A stretch of 9,488 nt of DNA from Naegleria gruberi (Eukaryota), in NCBI GenBank assembly GCA_000004985.1, contig GG739036.1; one strand, 5' to 3'. Below the pieces are notes generated by a model, which did not search any database, was not told where the DNA came from, and saw nothing but the letters and a program-made list of their open reading frames with translations. Positions within the stretch are counted from its first letter, which is position 1. Every line of letters starts with the position of its first letter. Position numbers and translations under genes: made by a program. Below, in pieces: positions 8,527-9,488 of the stretch.

Positions 8527-8549
8527 ATCATTTATCTCAATTCTTTGTA
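8527..8549 (-). promoter_or_regulatory. Conserved 5'-flanking block upstream of 5S copy 2.
   Basis: On the plus strand, atcatttatctcaattctttgta matches atcatttatcttaattcttagta at 3963-3985 in 21 of 23 positions. Further out, aaacaacctcaaacaca and aaacaatctcataacac are related, but there are indels. Confidence 0.3.
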
Positions 8550-8773
8550 TTTAATTTTTAGAATAGAAACAACCTCAAACACATTACTTAATGTTAACCT
8601 TATGTTGAATCATATTAATGGTTCCTTAAAACCTAAAGCTTAATTTCATTGTTCTTAATTGCTCGGAATTGTATTATTCCCGCCAAAAGAAAACTCTGAA
8701 CATCCTACAAAAAAAATAGCACAACTCGACAACTTCACCAATACTGTATTAATACATTAAGGTTTGATGTAAC

Positions 8774-9488
8774 ATGACCGATCGAACAAACAAGAGAGTT
8801 CATGTTGAAGGCTTGCTGAAGAGAAAGATGATTGAGGAGACCTCACAATCTGATTCTCAATTCATCAAGGGAAGCAAGGGATCTTCAAGTTTCGCTCAAC
8901 CATCAACTCCCAAGTCAACCAGAAGGAAAATCAAACAAGACAATCGTAGCAATGATATGTTTACCATTCCTAACCAATTGAAGTCTGTGTTTTACTCTCA
9001 AGAAAATTCCTATCAACCAATAAGCCTCAACTCAAAATCTTCAAAGATATTTAATTCATCTTTGCCTCCAACCTTTGCAAACTTTGGAACGATTGAACAA
9101 TCAACTAATAATCCTTTCCAATTTTCAAATCCGAATAATAACTCTATACAATATTCAGAAGATGACATCTTCCGTCCTTCTGCTCAATCAACAACATTCA
9201 CTCCAAGCAAGAGAATTGATTCATCAAACAATTCTTCTCCATTCTTTAAGAGTGCAAACTCCTTTGATTCTGATTACAATCCTACACCATTCTCTCCAAT
9301 CAAAGCACAAGGAAATATCCATAAGAATAGCCTCTTCTCAAATACACAAGCCGGCAGCTGTGGTTCTTTCGAGTTCGAAGAGCAAATCAACCAACAGGCC
9401 CATCAACCAGATACGAAATTCAATCTTTTTAGGCAACAGCAACCCCGTGAGGAAGTCGATTTATTCTCTCCTTGCAACCAAATCGTAC
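8774..9488 (+). CDS. 5'-complete, 3'-open CDS (at least 238 codons) for an S/N/Q/P-rich low-complexity, likely intrinsically disordered, protein of unknown function.
   Basis: ATG at 8774 (gtaacATGacc). There is no stop codon in frame through the window end at 9488. The translation is MTDRTNKRVHVEGLLKRKMIEETSQSDSQFIKGSKGSSSFAQPSTPKSTRRKIKQDNRSNDMFTIPNQLKSVFYSQENSYQPISLNSKSSKIFNSSLPPTFANFGTIEQSTNNPFQFSNPNNNSIQYSEDDIFRPSAQSTTFTPSKRIDSSNNSSPFFKSANSFDSDYNPTPFSPIKAQGNIHKNSLFSNTQAGSCGSFEFEEQINQQAHQPDTKFNLFRQQQPREEVDLFSPCNQIV... It contains one NPF tripeptide and several PF/FxF motifs. It is not in the ORF track, probably because it runs off the window. Confidence 0.6.
   Translation, partial: MTDRTNKRVHVEGLLKRKMIEETSQSDSQFIKGSKGSSSFAQPSTPKSTRRKIKQDNRSNDMFTIPNQLKSVFYSQENSYQPISLNSKSSKIFNSSLPPTFANFGTIEQSTNNPFQFSNPNNNSIQYSEDDIFRPSAQSTTFTPSKRIDSSNNSSPFFKSANSFDSDYNPTPFSPIKAQGNIHKNSLFSNTQAGSCGSFEFEEQINQQAHQPDTKFNLFRQQQPREEVDLFSPCNQIV

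Noticed and set aside
3899-8549. About 85-bp near-identical direct repeats flanking a roughly 4.5 kb interval. At first sight these look like the LTRs of a retrotransposon, or an unmerged contig overlap.
   Set aside because: The repeat is the body of a 5S rRNA gene. Identity collapses outside the gene, the flanks are only loosely similar, and there are no TG...CA termini, primer-binding site or polypurine tract. The downstream neighbours also differ, which argues against a simple overlap artefact.

Overview
The window is AT-rich (roughly one-third GC) and eukaryote-like, and the ORFs I could follow are intronless. 43% of it, 4348-8463, is a run of N, an assembly gap, so nothing there can be assessed. 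From left to right it contains: (1) a 1.3 kb AT-rich non-coding stretch. (2) An intact 355-aa gene on the minus strand (1290-2357) encoding a stand-alone six-bladed NHL-repeat beta-propeller. Two adjacent blades are near-identical at the DNA level, which indicates a recent internal duplication. (3) An actin-derived pseudogene on the plus strand (3165-3827). It keeps the start codon, but carries a roughly 22-codon N-terminal deletion that shifts the frame, a 1-nt frameshift, a 10-aa and a 2-aa internal deletion, and it is truncated at about actin residue 210. (4) Immediately convergent on it, a complete 5S rRNA gene on the minus strand (about 3840-3962) with recognisable box A and box C, a helix I closure and an oligo-T terminator. 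The ORF track does not report it. (5) The 3' end of a leucine-rich-repeat-like CDS on the minus strand (4145-4347) running into the gap. (6) At the far edge of the gap, a second, partial 5S rRNA copy (8464-8526, minus). It lies about 4.56 kb from the first, has a near-identical core but diverged flanks, and has a 1-nt deletion in box A. (7) A 5'-complete, 3'-open ORF (8774 to the window end) encoding an S/N/Q/P-rich low-complexity protein. I see no prokaryotic-style defence island, CRISPR array or mobile element with recognisable ends, and I cannot support a claim of a novel system from the visible sequence. The apparent long direct repeat flanking the gap is explained by the two 5S genes. The ORFs that span the gap are artefacts of translating N.
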